Notes: generated from the letters alone by a model not told the origin. A DNA stretch of 32,000 nt from Candidatus Heimdallarchaeota archaeon (GCA_030668875.1 DAOVER010000016.1:30001-62000), one strand, 5' to 3'; positions 20,078-29,606 are shown, counted from the stretch's first letter. Translations and numbers: made by a program.

Positions 20078-20890
20078 TTAATTCCTAACATGCTTTCTAA
20101 TGAGTAAAACAGAAGGTACAACGAGTATCATTAATAAAAAGAACATTGAGAATTGGTTTATATTTAATTCTGATATTATGGGTACGGGGGATTCTGCTAA
20201 AGGATAGGGATCAGCAAACTTTCCACCATCAATGGAGTAATTCCCAGTTCCAGAATAATCATTCCAAAAATTACCTTCATTTGTATTGACATCATACCAA
20301 ACAGAATAATTTCCGGCGTCATAAGCCTGAGGTATACCTAGTCCTAGAGCATTCGAAATGAAAGAATTGTGGTGAAATATATTATATTCGTTTACTAGAG
20401 GATAAAGATAGACTCCCCATTCAACATTCTCTTGTATGAGATTATAAGTAAAATTACAATGATTGGTATACGTTAGAACTATACCCATTACACTACCCAT
20501 GAGAGTATTATTAGAAATAGTGTTGTTAAAGCAATATTGTATATACAAGGCATAATTTTCATTATCGTAACATTTATTGAGAGAAATATTCGAGTTACTA
20601 ACAGCCATTAAGTTTATGTCTTTATTGGTTTGATTGTAACAAACATTTCCTTTGATCTCTACTCCACCAGAATTTATTACCCTTATTCCTATTTCTTGGT
20701 TATAACAGGTATTATCTTCAACTATTGCTCCATCTATCTCTTCTAGATGCATTCCAACTGCGTTTTCAGAGCAAGTATTTTCTAGTAACAAACAATCATA
20801 CGTATCAAATAGTTCTATATCATTGTTGTTCCATTTATAAGTATTGTTAGAAAATGTACTATAATCAACATGAAGTTTAATCCTAATGCT
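20078..20890 (-). pseudogene. 5'-truncated NosD/CASH parallel beta-helix surface protein
   Basis: Beta-helix repeats (N.C..N..GI), HHNSF..N, QAYD.G..N.WYD....EGNFW.DY, C-terminal TM. The frame stays open upstream of the TTG at 20791 to a TAA at 20891-20893; no signal peptide or intact start. Confidence 0.72.
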
Positions 20891-21540
20891 TTATACTAAT
20901 CTAGATTTGAATTGGGGGAATAGACATTAGAAATGACTGGAATTGTTAAAATCAAGAGAACTTCGTTTAGACAATATTACTAGCATCAAACATTTATCAC
21001 TTTGAGGAATCACTCCATTTATATCTAGATTGTTCTAGAGTTCATGTAAATTTAATTAATTTTGAAGTTTCCTTAGTCAACTGCCTAGCAGTAAATTTCT
21101 TTGATCTTACTTAATCTCTAACTATTTCTTTTCTTCTCTGCCTAAATCGTTTATTATATAGTTTAAAGGAAGAGTTCAATATTCTTATATCTGATATTTT
21201 GAAAAAAATATCTTAATTTCATTAACTGAATGTGGTGTTCAAGTTAAACGTTGTGTAAAGGTGACCTACTTATTACTTCCAAACTATATTAAAGAGCCTT
21301 CTTAATCTAATGATAGAATCTAATAACAATGTAGAAGATATGAAAAGATACCATTTTGAATGCGAGATGATTTTTCTTTGCTCTATTTTGAAAAACAAGA
21401 ATTCTAACAAGTCTTGCATATTTATTAGAATTGCTTCCTTCACAATAAATTTTCCAAGATGATTATCTTCGCTAGCAGAAAAGATGCTAAACGAAAATCA
21501 TTAATAAGTAGCAATGAAATAATAATGCAGGTGAAATTCA

Positions 21541-21765
21541 TTGTTAATAAAATTTGAGATATATAAAGATGAAGACTTCTGGTGTGCAAGAGGTATTGGA
21601 ATAGATATTTTTACTCAAGGTAATACAATGGATAATCTGATGGATAACATTAAGGAAGCAGTAGAAGTCCATTTTGAAGATATTTTAAACAAAGGAGAAG
21701 AGATAAGAATCCTTTCAATTTCAGAAATTGAGGTAGGTTCAGTTGCCAAAATTGCCAGTAATTAG
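21541..21765 (+). CDS. hicB: HicB-family antitoxin (short, no DNA-binding domain)
   Basis: DEDFWCARG..IDIFTQG.T.D....NIKEAVEVHFE; SD caggtga upstream. Confidence 0.85.
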   Translation: MLIKFEIYKDEDFWCARGIGIDIFTQGNTMDNLMDNIKEAVEVHFEDILNKGEEIRILSISEIEVGSVAKIASN

Positions 21766-21991
21766 TGGTAATCACTTAATCAAGATGTTATCAAAATTAG
21801 GTTACAAGATAATCAGGCAAAGGGGGAGTCACGTAAGTCTAAGAAAAACAACTGAAGCTGGAGAACATAATATTACAGTCCCCTTACACTCTGAAATTGC
21901 AAAAGGAACATTGAGTGATATATTATCAAAAATATCAATTTGGAATAATATTCCAAAGGATAAACTAATTGAAATAATAAGGAAAATCTAA
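21743..21991 (+). CDS. hicA: HicA-family mRNA interferase toxin
   Basis: PKLPVISG..LIK.L.KLGY...RQRGSHV.L, ITVPLH.EI.KGTL..IL; overlaps hicB. Confidence 0.9.
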   Translation: MPKLPVISGNHLIKMLSKLGYKIIRQRGSHVSLRKTTEAGEHNITVPLHSEIAKGTLSDILSKISIWNNIPKDKLIEIIRKI

Positions 21992-22219
21992 ATAAAAAAT
22001 AAGTTACTAGGAGTTCGAGTTGAAATTTTAATCTTCAAGAAAGAAAAGTCAAATGGAATAATATTTAAAAGGTTTATCTCTTTTCATTTTAATGCATAGA
22101 CTATATTCTTCTAATATAGAGGATTATTCAAGAGAATTAATATCTGTTGATCATGTGGAAAATAATTAGAGATTGAATCTTTTAATAAGTAATTGCACTT
22201 CACTTATTTGGAGATAAAA

Positions 22220-22459
22220 ATGGCAGATGTTTGGATGGAGAATATAGCATCAAAAATAGACATATGTCATGGAAAAGTATGCATTAAGGGTACAAGAGTA
22301 ATGCCTTCCGTGATTCTTGACAACTTAGCTGAAGGGTTATCTGAAGAGGAAATTCTTTCTGAATATCCTTCCTTAAAGAAAGGAGATGTTAATATTGCTA
22401 TTCTCTACGCTGCTTCCTTAGCTAGAGGGGATATAATACCATTAAAGGCAGAAAGCTGA
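22220..22459 (+). CDS. DUF433 family protein (putative antitoxin)
   Basis: ICHGKVCIKGTRV....ILDNLAEGLS.EEIL.EYPSL...DV..AI.YA; ATG 22220 with ggag upstream preferred over 22193. Confidence 0.9.
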   Translation: MADVWMENIASKIDICHGKVCIKGTRVMPSVILDNLAEGLSEEEILSEYPSLKKGDVNIAILYAASLARGDIIPLKAES

Positions 22460-22566
22460 GGGAATGTAAATGCAATTCAAATTTTTTTGATTACTTCTCT
22501 TTAATTTAACATTGTGGCAGGATATAGAAAATCTATTTAATATATTTCGAGATTTAAATTGAAGAT

Positions 22567-23163
22567 TTATTGTTTTTCAGAATCATTTTCTTCTCTGATA
22601 AATTCTTTCGCTTCTTCAATGAATTTATCAATTAAATTTTCTACTCCAATGCTCTTTGCTCTTAATTGTAGATCTTGGTCTGTAAAATTATCTTCATTAT
22701 GAGCATAAACAGCTAAAGCATCTTCGTAATCTTGTTCTGAACCAAATTTCAGTTTGTAAGGTATCATATTTATTGGGTTATCAATTTTTACTTCAACTTC
22801 ATCAAATTTGAAATCTATCGCCATTTCTATACTTTCATTTTCTAATCTTGAATAATTACCCTTCAGTTCAATTCTAAATGAACTATTTTTTGGATAAAAC
22901 GTGCAATGAGATTGTTCATCTAACCCATCTAAATCTGACAAAGTGATATCAAAACCACGATTTGACATTGAATTCACAAAATCTTGTTTTTTTAGTTTGG
23001 AATGGTTTATAATAAGATCTAAATCCATTGTCATTCTTGCTCTACCAATTGCATTAACTGCTAAACCACCAACAATGACATAAGGCACACTATTCTCCTT
23101 AAAATATGTAACCAAGGATTCGATGTAATCTGAAATATTTTCTGTCACTTTAATCTTCCTCAT
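22567..23163 (-). CDS. Nucleotidyltransferase-fold protein (Pol-beta superfamily, DUF6036-like)
   Basis: YVIVGGLAV..IG.AR.T.DLDL motif; K...G..QDYED C-terminal motif. Confidence 0.82.
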   Translation of the reverse strand: MRKIKVTENISDYIESLVTYFKENSVPYVIVGGLAVNAIGRARMTMDLDLIINHSKLKKQDFVNSMSNRGFDITLSDLDGLDEQSHCTFYPKNSSFRIELKGNYSRLENESIEMAIDFKFDEVEVKIDNPINMIPYKLKFGSEQDYEDALAVYAHNEDNFTDQDLQLRAKSIGVENLIDKFIEEAKEFIREENDSEKQ

Positions 23164-23333
23164 TTCTTCTTGCTTTTCTTCCGTTGTCGATTTCTTAATC
23201 CAAAATTGATGAAATCAGCTGCTTCACTTGTATATCTTTCAGTAGGAATCATTTTTGCTTTTAAAGCATCTTTTACAGCGTCTTTTTTCCTTTGTTCAAT
23301 CCTTTTTTTCTTCCTATCGATATTAATGCTCAT
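23160..23333 (-). CDS. Small basic helical protein (57 aa) coupled to the nucleotidyltransferase; absent from ORF track
   Basis: MSINIDRKKKRIEQRKKDAVKDALKAKMIPTERYTSEAADFINFGLRNRQRKKSKKK; its TGA overlaps the downstream ATG (ATGA); AT-rich TATA-like sequence just upstream. Confidence 0.7.
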   Translation of the reverse strand: MSINIDRKKKRIEQRKKDAVKDALKAKMIPTERYTSEAADFINFGLRNRQRKKSKKK

Positions 23334-23443
23334 TAATTATACTTTTTGATTTAAATATAAAAATTCTCGTCTGTTATCTCCTGGTAACCATTGGAATGTG
23401 ACCCATAATGCAATCAGTATAACAAGCCAAACACAAACAACAG

Positions 23444-24316
23444 TTAACTCATTTTGAATATAGATAACTCAATTGAAATCAATATGCATGCGATAATGAA
23501 AGAACTAATCACGGCTGACCACTTGTGTTCCTTAAGTTTCGTATGTGAAATTCTATCCAGAAATGTAAGCACCTTGTTATAAGTAAGTATTCGAACGATC
23601 AAGAACAATAGTTGAAATACAGTCCCAATTGAAACAATAATCACATATTCAGGTATCGTACTTATGTAGAAAGATGATGAAACGATTAGAATTAGCAGAG
23701 TATATACAATATAAGTGAGATGAATTAACATAACTCTCCAAAAAGAATCTTTGGGAGATATATTTAGTAAAGGCCATACTAACCAGTTAAGTACAAAACT
23801 AATTAAAATCAGTAGTGTAAAAATAACTCCTAGAATTACAGGATGTACACCCTTTTCCAAAAGACTTCCCCAATCATTAGGATTATCAAAAAAAGGTTTG
23901 AGGAATACACTGTAACCATTTAATCCTTCCATTAAATACGCAAAACTTGAGGTTAGTAAAAATGGGAGAAGATATTGATTTCTGAAAAACACAGAATTAA
24001 AGTCATAATTGTCGTGGTAGCTATGCTGAAAATTGGTCCTGCTAAGGACACAAATACTTCATCTTGAGCTAGTAAAGGTGTTCCAGTATATGTCACCATA
24101 AAAAGGGTTAACTTCAATCCTAACATCAGGATAACCCTTGACTATGAGCGCAAGAGCATGACCAGCTTCATGTAAGAGAATATAAAGGCTAATAGAGAAA
24201 AAAACGAACCAAAAAACAACAAGCTACTCTTCAAAGTATCTTTTTTTTGTGGCAAAATGATTCTTTAGAAAAATTTCTGTATTTGTCTCTGTTTCACCTT
24301 TTTCTGTGTCATTCAT
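23444..24316 (-). pseudogene. M50-family (site-2-protease-like) membrane metallopeptidase, degraded
   Basis: ATG 24316; in-frame TAG at 24224-24226; ILLHEAGHALA (HExxH at 24158-24172); frameshift near 24095; EVFVSLAGP (VSLAGP at 24034-24051); second frameshift near 23993 into the 182-aa track ORF. Confidence 0.8.
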
Positions 24317-24366
24317 ATAGATGCTTAAGTTAAAGCACTTATAAGATCTCTATTTTATAAACCAAA

Positions 24367-24424
24367 CCTTGCATTCAGTTCTCCTTCTTCGAGTTTCCTG
24401 ACTATGTGAAAGGATTAGTGCAAT
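24367..24424 (+). repeat. 58-bp direct repeat, copy 1
   Basis: ccttgcattcagttctccttcttcgagtttcctgactatgtgaaaggattagtgcaat; 56/58 identical to 26449-26506. Confidence 0.95.
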
Positions 24425-24634
24425 ATGTCATTAGCAACAACATATAGGTGCTTGCAAAAAGTGTCAGAAATAAAATTGATAACCGCACATTACTTAACAG
24501 AGAAACCAGGGCAAGTATTATAACGAATAGCAAAAGAGGGGAGTTCAATAATCATTAAATTGTATGAACTACTAGGAGGAAGCATGTTACCCCCATATGT
24601 AGAAAGCAAACCTGTAGTTGAAACAGAGATCTAA
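24425..24634 (+). pseudogene. Possible winged-helix DNA-binding protein remnant
   Basis: MSLATTYRCLQKVSEIKLITAHYLTEKPGQVL*RIAKEGSSIIIKLYELLGG...; resembles a wHTH recognition helix and wing; internal TAA at 24521-24523. Confidence 0.35.
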
Positions 24635-24687
24635 TGTTAAACATTGTTAGACAAAGTATATTAGGTCTTAAGATAAAATTATAGCTA

Positions 24688-26436
24688 ATGTTCTTCAGTA
24701 GCAAAATGAAGATTGGTTTAAAATCTATAATGTTCATAATATTTATTATTTCAATTCTATTTTCTTCTATAGTTTACTCGTCATTATATTCTGTGGAACA
24801 TAAACATGATAGTATACTAGCTCAAGTGTCATTAAAAGATTCCTTGATACTTGAAAATCATGATCCAATTATCATTAATAGTGATTCAAATTTAGATGCT
24901 TCAGGATTTCCTGGGAATGGAAATTATGCTGATCCTTACATTATAGAAAATTTTCACATAGTTACAGATGATTATTATTCCATCTCAATTTCAAGCACAT
25001 CAAAATATATTACTATTAGAAGCTGTTATACTGAATCAAAAAATTCAGGAATAAAAATTGATGATACAGTGAGTTTAAACACAGTATTGATTGAAAATAA
25101 TGAATGTAGAAATAGTGTCTATGGAATTAAGATTCGATCTTCCTCTTCAATTATTCAAAATACATGTATTAATAATACCTATGGTATTTCAATTAAAACT
25201 TCACCTAATTCAAAGGTTCATAATAATGAATGTTTAGAGAATAAAGTAATGGGAATAACAATTTCAGGTTCAACAAATTCTGAAGTAAAGAGCAATATTT
25301 GTTCAAATAATAAAAGAGAAGATGGAATTCATATTGACGATTCTCCTAATACAAGAATAGAAGACAATATTTGTGAGAATAATGGCTATAATGGGATTTG
25401 GCTTCGATTTTCTCACTCATCGATTATTTCCTACAATGAATTAACAAATAACGGGTTAACAATCTACGAAGATAATGTGGAGGATTATTTGTCTCACACC
25501 TTTGAAGGCAATAGCGTTAACAATAAAACTCTAGGATTTTTTGAATCCCAAAAGGATATCATACTAGATGAACCAATATATGGCCAAATATTCTTAATAG
25601 ATTGTGAAAATGTCATCGTGGAAAATCAAGAGATTTATGATGCTAGTATAGGAATTAAGGTTCTATATTCCAAGTTTGTAACGATTCGAAATAATATCTG
25701 CAATAAAAATTCTTGGTATGCAGGAATATATATTGATCTCTCTATCGGGTGCAAAGTCATTGATAATGAGTGTTTGTACAATGAAATGACCGGCATACGA
25801 ATCGCATCTTCATTAGATACAACAATAGAAAATAATCTTGTTGTCTATAATAGGATTGGAATTTCTATTGCTTATTCCTTTTTTGCAACAATTATAGATA
25901 ATCAAATACTAAATAATTCTTTTTCGGGATTAAGCGCATATGAAATTAATTCTTCTTATATTTGGAATAATACCTGTTTCAGGAATGACGCAGGAATAGC
26001 TATAGCTGCAACTTCAGATTGTGAAATTGTAGAGAATTTATTCTTAAACAACACATTACATGGTCTAAACTTAAGATACGAGACTTATAACAATACAGTA
26101 CATCACAATGCGTTTGTTGATAACAATATCAATGAATATTCTCAAGCTAAAGATGACGGTGAAGGTAACTTATGGTATGAAGTGAGTTCTGAGGAAGGAA
26201 ATTACTGGTCAAATATTGGACAAAATTATACTTATATGATAGCTGGGAAAGCAAATTCCACAGATCCTTATCCATTATATGAATCACCAATATCAATTGA
26301 ACTTCCAATACTACCTATTCCCCCAGTTATAGATACTGAAGAGGTAATTTTTCAATTCTATCCTATTTACGTAATAGGCTTATTGTTTGTGATCTATATA
26401 TTCAGGAAAAGAAGAAAAAAATGCTGCATTGACTGA
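24688..26436 (+). CDS. NosD/CASH parallel beta-helix surface protein with C-terminal anchor
   Basis: Signal/TM, HDPIII.SD....GFPGNG...DPYIIEN, many N.C..N..GI repeats, HHNAFVDN, QAKDDG..NLWY....EGNYWS, TM+RKRRKK tail. Confidence 0.88.
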   Translation: MFFSSKMKIGLKSIMFIIFIISILFSSIVYSSLYSVEHKHDSILAQVSLKDSLILENHDPIIINSDSNLDASGFPGNGNYADPYIIENFHIVTDDYYSISISSTSKYITIRSCYTESKNSGIKIDDTVSLNTVLIENNECRNSVYGIKIRSSSSIIQNTCINNTYGISIKTSPNSKVHNNECLENKVMGITISGSTNSEVKSNICSNNKREDGIHIDDSPNTRIEDNICENNGYNGIWLRFSHSSIISYNELTNNGLTIYEDNVEDYLSHTFEGNSVNNKTLGFFESQKDIILDEPIYGQIFLIDCENVIVENQEIYDASIGIKVLYSKFVTIRNNICNKNSWYAGIYIDLSIGCKVIDNECLYNEMTGIRIASSLDTTIENNLVVYNRIGISIAYSFFATIIDNQILNNSFSGLSAYEINSSYIWNNTCFRNDAGIAIAATSDCEIVENLFLNNTLHGLNLRYETYNNTVHHNAFVDNNINEYSQAKDDGEGNLWYEVSSEEGNYWSNIGQNYTYMIAGKANSTDPYPLYESPISIELPILPIPPVIDTEEVIFQFYPIYVIGLLFVIYIFRKRRKKCCID

Positions 26437-26448
26437 CATTGACTCTAT

Positions 26449-26506
26449 CCTTGCATTCAGGTCTCCTTCTTCGAGTTTCCTGACTAAGTGAAAGGATTAG
26501 TGCAAT
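26449..26506 (+). repeat. 58-bp direct repeat, copy 2
   Basis: ccttgcattcaggtctccttcttcgagtttcctgactaagtgaaaggattagtgcaat; starts 13 bp after the NosD-like stop codon. Confidence 0.95.
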
Positions 26507-26638
26507 CTATTCTTTTTACACTTTGCATACTTAATAACATTAAATCTCAAAAAATAACTCCTTAGGTAAACTAAAAGACATACTTTCATATACTCAAATA
26601 AAATATTCATTTTTAATAAATATCTCAGAGGTTTAATC

Positions 26639-27595
26639 TTGTTAAAAGCAGAAAATGTGTCTAAGACCTATCCTATGAATGGTGTAAGAGCTTTAGACAG
26701 TTTTTCTATCGATATTAAACCTGGAGAGATTATGGGGCTATTAGGGCCTAATGGTGCAGGTAAATCAACTTTTGTAAGAATTGCTGTTGGAGTTCTTGAT
26801 AGAGATTCTGGTTCATTGTCAGTTTGCGGATGGGATTCTGATTCAGAGAGAAAGAAGATATCAAATTTAGTTTCATGGATTCCTCAAGAGGGAACTTCTA
26901 AGATGATTCTAAATAGAACTGGTCGAGAGAATATAATCTATTATTCTTGGATAAGAGGTATATCTAGAAAAGAAACAGAAAGAAGAATTGATGAGATTCT
27001 TGAAAAATTAAACATTGAAAAAAAGATATTAAACAAAACCTACCGAATCATGAGTGGAGGACAAAAACAAATAACAAATATTATCAATGGTTTGATAATG
27101 AATGCAAAATTATTATTTTGTGATGAGATATCAGTAAGTATTGATCCGATTATTACTAAGTCAATTTATGATTATCTCAAAGAATACACTTCTAATGGTC
27201 GTTCTGTTCTTCTTACATCACAAAATATATCAGAAGTGGAAAATCTTTCAGATAGAATAGCAATAATACAAACTGGAAAATTAGTGGCACTTGATAAACC
27301 ACGAGAAATTTCTAAAAAAATACTTAAATATGAAATCATCGACTTAAGTTTTGAAAATAGCGTTATAAAAGGTAAGGATTTTTCTAGTTTCAATTTAGAA
27401 TTAGAACAACAAGACTATTTTCGATCAAAAGAGCTAAGTAATAATATTCTTCATATTAGATCCGATAACGCTAATAAATTGCTCAATTCTATCCTTGTTT
27501 TGCTAGAAAAATATTCCCTAAATCCTTCAATAGAATCTGGTAAAGCGAATCTTAGTGTAGCTCTTCAAATGCTGAAAAAGGAGGAGAAAAATTGA
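26639..27595 (+). CDS. ABC exporter ATP-binding subunit (DrrA/CcmA-like)
   Basis: Walker A GPNGAGKS, signature MSGGQ, Walker B LLFCDE; the H-loop position reads LLTSQN. Confidence 0.92.
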   Translation: MLKAENVSKTYPMNGVRALDSFSIDIKPGEIMGLLGPNGAGKSTFVRIAVGVLDRDSGSLSVCGWDSDSERKKISNLVSWIPQEGTSKMILNRTGRENIIYYSWIRGISRKETERRIDEILEKLNIEKKILNKTYRIMSGGQKQITNIINGLIMNAKLLFCDEISVSIDPIITKSIYDYLKEYTSNGRSVLLTSQNISEVENLSDRIAIIQTGKLVALDKPREISKKILKYEIIDLSFENSVIKGKDFSSFNLELEQQDYFRSKELSNNILHIRSDNANKLLNSILVLLEKYSLNPSIESGKANLSVALQMLKKEEKN

Positions 27596-28434
27596 GGACT
27601 TTCTATGCGAATTTCTGGAGAGAAATGAAATACAACCTTGGTCGAAGAGGTGTATGGATGGGAAGACTAGTAAATGTTACTGTCTCCATAATTACAGCAT
27701 TCGCAATGGGGATTATTTATTCTTTTAGTGCTGAAGCTCAAACAACTGTAGGAATAGCAAATGTTGGCTTGTTTCTCTTAACTGGTTTTTTCTTACAGTA
27801 TTTAGTTCTTTCAAGTGTTACAATAGCTCCTAATACTTTTTGGGGTGATATAAGAAGTGGATCTTTCGAATTCATCTTTCACTATGAATTTAGTATCTCT
27901 GAATATATTTTTGGAATTTACTTTGCTCAGTTTATTATAGACTTCGTTATTTCTTTGCCTTTTCTTATTGCAATTATTATCGTAGCAGCAGGACAATCAA
28001 CTCCAGCCATTCTCATCATCTCGTTTATTGGGTTCCTTATTTTTTCGTTCCTGTGTTTATTTTCTATTACAATGTTATACTCTTCTCTTTATGTTCTAAG
28101 TAAACAATTTATGGGTTATCATGGAGCTGTTACTTATATCGCTTATTTCATCTGTGGTGTCTATTTCCCTATTTTAGGATATCTTTCTCTCTTTGGAACA
28201 AAAGCAGGATGGGCGATAATTGGTGTAATTTCTATTCTCCCATATACGCAAGTATTTGACATCGCTAGATACATTATTTTCGGTCAAAATTATGTTCTTG
28301 CTTATCCTACTCTATGGCTAGCTTTTCTAATCATGATTTCTACCTCAGTTATTTTCTATGTCTTATCACTAATCATATTCAGGAAAGGTTTCAAAAATCT
28401 GAGAAAGGAAGGTTTCGCAGCTTACCGTTACTAA
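27592..28434 (+). CDS. ABC-2 type exporter permease
   Basis: About 6 TM helices; DIRSGSFE, FICGVYFP, ILPYT...DIARY; 4-nt overlap with the ATPase. Confidence 0.88.
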   Translation: MRTFYANFWREMKYNLGRRGVWMGRLVNVTVSIITAFAMGIIYSFSAEAQTTVGIANVGLFLLTGFFLQYLVLSSVTIAPNTFWGDIRSGSFEFIFHYEFSISEYIFGIYFAQFIIDFVISLPFLIAIIIVAAGQSTPAILIISFIGFLIFSFLCLFSITMLYSSLYVLSKQFMGYHGAVTYIAYFICGVYFPILGYLSLFGTKAGWAIIGVISILPYTQVFDIARYIIFGQNYVLAYPTLWLAFLIMISTSVIFYVLSLIIFRKGFKNLRKEGFAAYRY

Positions 28435-28505
28435 TTTTCTTACACAGAAAATTTAATATCAAGTTATACTACTTTCTAGAAAGAGTTGAATATCGAGGGA
28501 ATAAA

Positions 28506-29606
28506 ATGAATAAGGAAGAACAACCAATAACTCCTACATTACCTTACGTTTTTCAAACCAAAGTTACTCAACAAGGCATTATAACAATCCCCTACACTTT
28601 AAAATTAGATTTAGATAAGCATTATTTGTTCAATTTCCAACCTCTAAAAAGTGAAATCATATATTCCCAGGTTAAACAGATAAAACATTCAGGACAAAGA
28701 CAATATGTTTCTTGTCGAATTAAATCTCCTTTCTTGCAAAAGGGAGATGAAGTAAAGATTACCATAATCAAGGAATTTAAAGCTTCATCAGAGCTTACAT
28801 TTGATGATGATGAAGAGTATTCTCTCTTGTTTAACCAATCTGTTCGATGTTTATTTCTGTACTCTTTTCAAGAGAAAGATGAAATCTTGACTGCAGAGGA
28901 AAGCAAAGACTTTCTATGTGAGTATCCAAATTTCACTCAACAGGAGTTTATCAAAAACTCCCTTGATTTGCTTAGCAAGAAAAACATTTTATTTGAAAAA
29001 GAAGAAGGAGAATTCTTTGATATATTACGTTTTCAAAATTATGCTGTAATTAGGTTTGTTGGAACGAAAAGATTATTGAGTTTTGATATCCTTCAGCAAA
29101 AACCCTCAGAAGAGGCAAAAATTGCCTATGAAACACATATTCCATTTGTCTTCCTTGTTCTAACAAAGATTGATTACCTTCAATTTTTACTCTCTCAACA
29201 TATTAGAACTAGATTCAAACTCTTTCTAGATAAATTTCAAAGTGTATCATCATATCTACCTTATGTGATTAAGGAGTTTTCTTCACTTCTACAGAGTGAA
29301 ATATTTGAGATAATGACCAAGGCTGATGATAGTATAAGAAAATTTAACAGTCTTGATGATGTGAGATTCTGGTTCTTTATACCTGCTGAATATCATGATC
29401 TAATCAAAAAAATCCAGATGGATTTTTACTCAGGAAAGAAATTTGTAATAATAAACGAATTGATAGAATCAATTAAAACTAAAGATGGAAATCTTGAAGC
29501 AAAGCAACTCGTAGTTAATGCAATAGAATGGTTGTATAGGCACCAAGTGATAAATGTAAGAGAGATGGATGGAGAGAAAATAGTGGAGATGTATAAGATT
29601 GAATAA
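28506..29606 (+). CDS. Hypothetical protein with N-terminal AbrB/MazE-like swapped-hairpin domain
   Basis: ATG 28506 with gaggga upstream (track start 28314 overlaps the permease); TKVTQQGIITIP...L and LQKGDEVKITII match AbrB-type patterns; helical C-terminal region of unknown family. Confidence 0.6.
   Translation: MNKEEQPITPTLPYVFQTKVTQQGIITIPYTLKLDLDKHYLFNFQPLKSEIIYSQVKQIKHSGQRQYVSCRIKSPFLQKGDEVKITIIKEFKASSELTFDDDEEYSLLFNQSVRCLFLYSFQEKDEILTAEESKDFLCEYPNFTQQEFIKNSLDLLSKKNILFEKEEGEFFDILRFQNYAVIRFVGTKRLLSFDILQQKPSEEAKIAYETHIPFVFLVLTKIDYLQFLLSQHIRTRFKLFLDKFQSVSSYLPYVIKEFSSLLQSEIFEIMTKADDSIRKFNSLDDVRFWFFIPAEYHDLIKKIQMDFYSGKKFVIINELIESIKTKDGNLEAKQLVVNAIEWLYRHQVINVREMDGEKIVEMYKIE

Noticed and set aside
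21401-21431. attctaa...ttagaat inverted repeat upstream of hicBA as an attC-like site
   Set aside because: Too short, and lacks the GTT core.
8160-24523. Stop-codon recoding (Sec/Pyl/alternative code) to explain in-frame stops at 8160, 24224 and 24521
   Set aside because: The stops are of different types, the SDR stop aligns to Tyr, neighbouring genes use all three stops normally, and frameshifts accompany the M50 stop.
24367-26506. 58-bp repeats as a CRISPR array, integron attC sites or hammerhead ribozyme
   Set aside because: Only two copies 2 kb apart; no RYYYAAC/GTTRRRY cores and no integrase in the window; CTGA and GAAA are present but not in the CUGANGA-stem II-GAAA arrangement.
28314-28505. 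N-terminal 64 codons of track ORF 28314-29606
   Set aside because: Overlaps the permease by 121 nt; ATG 28506 has a good SD.
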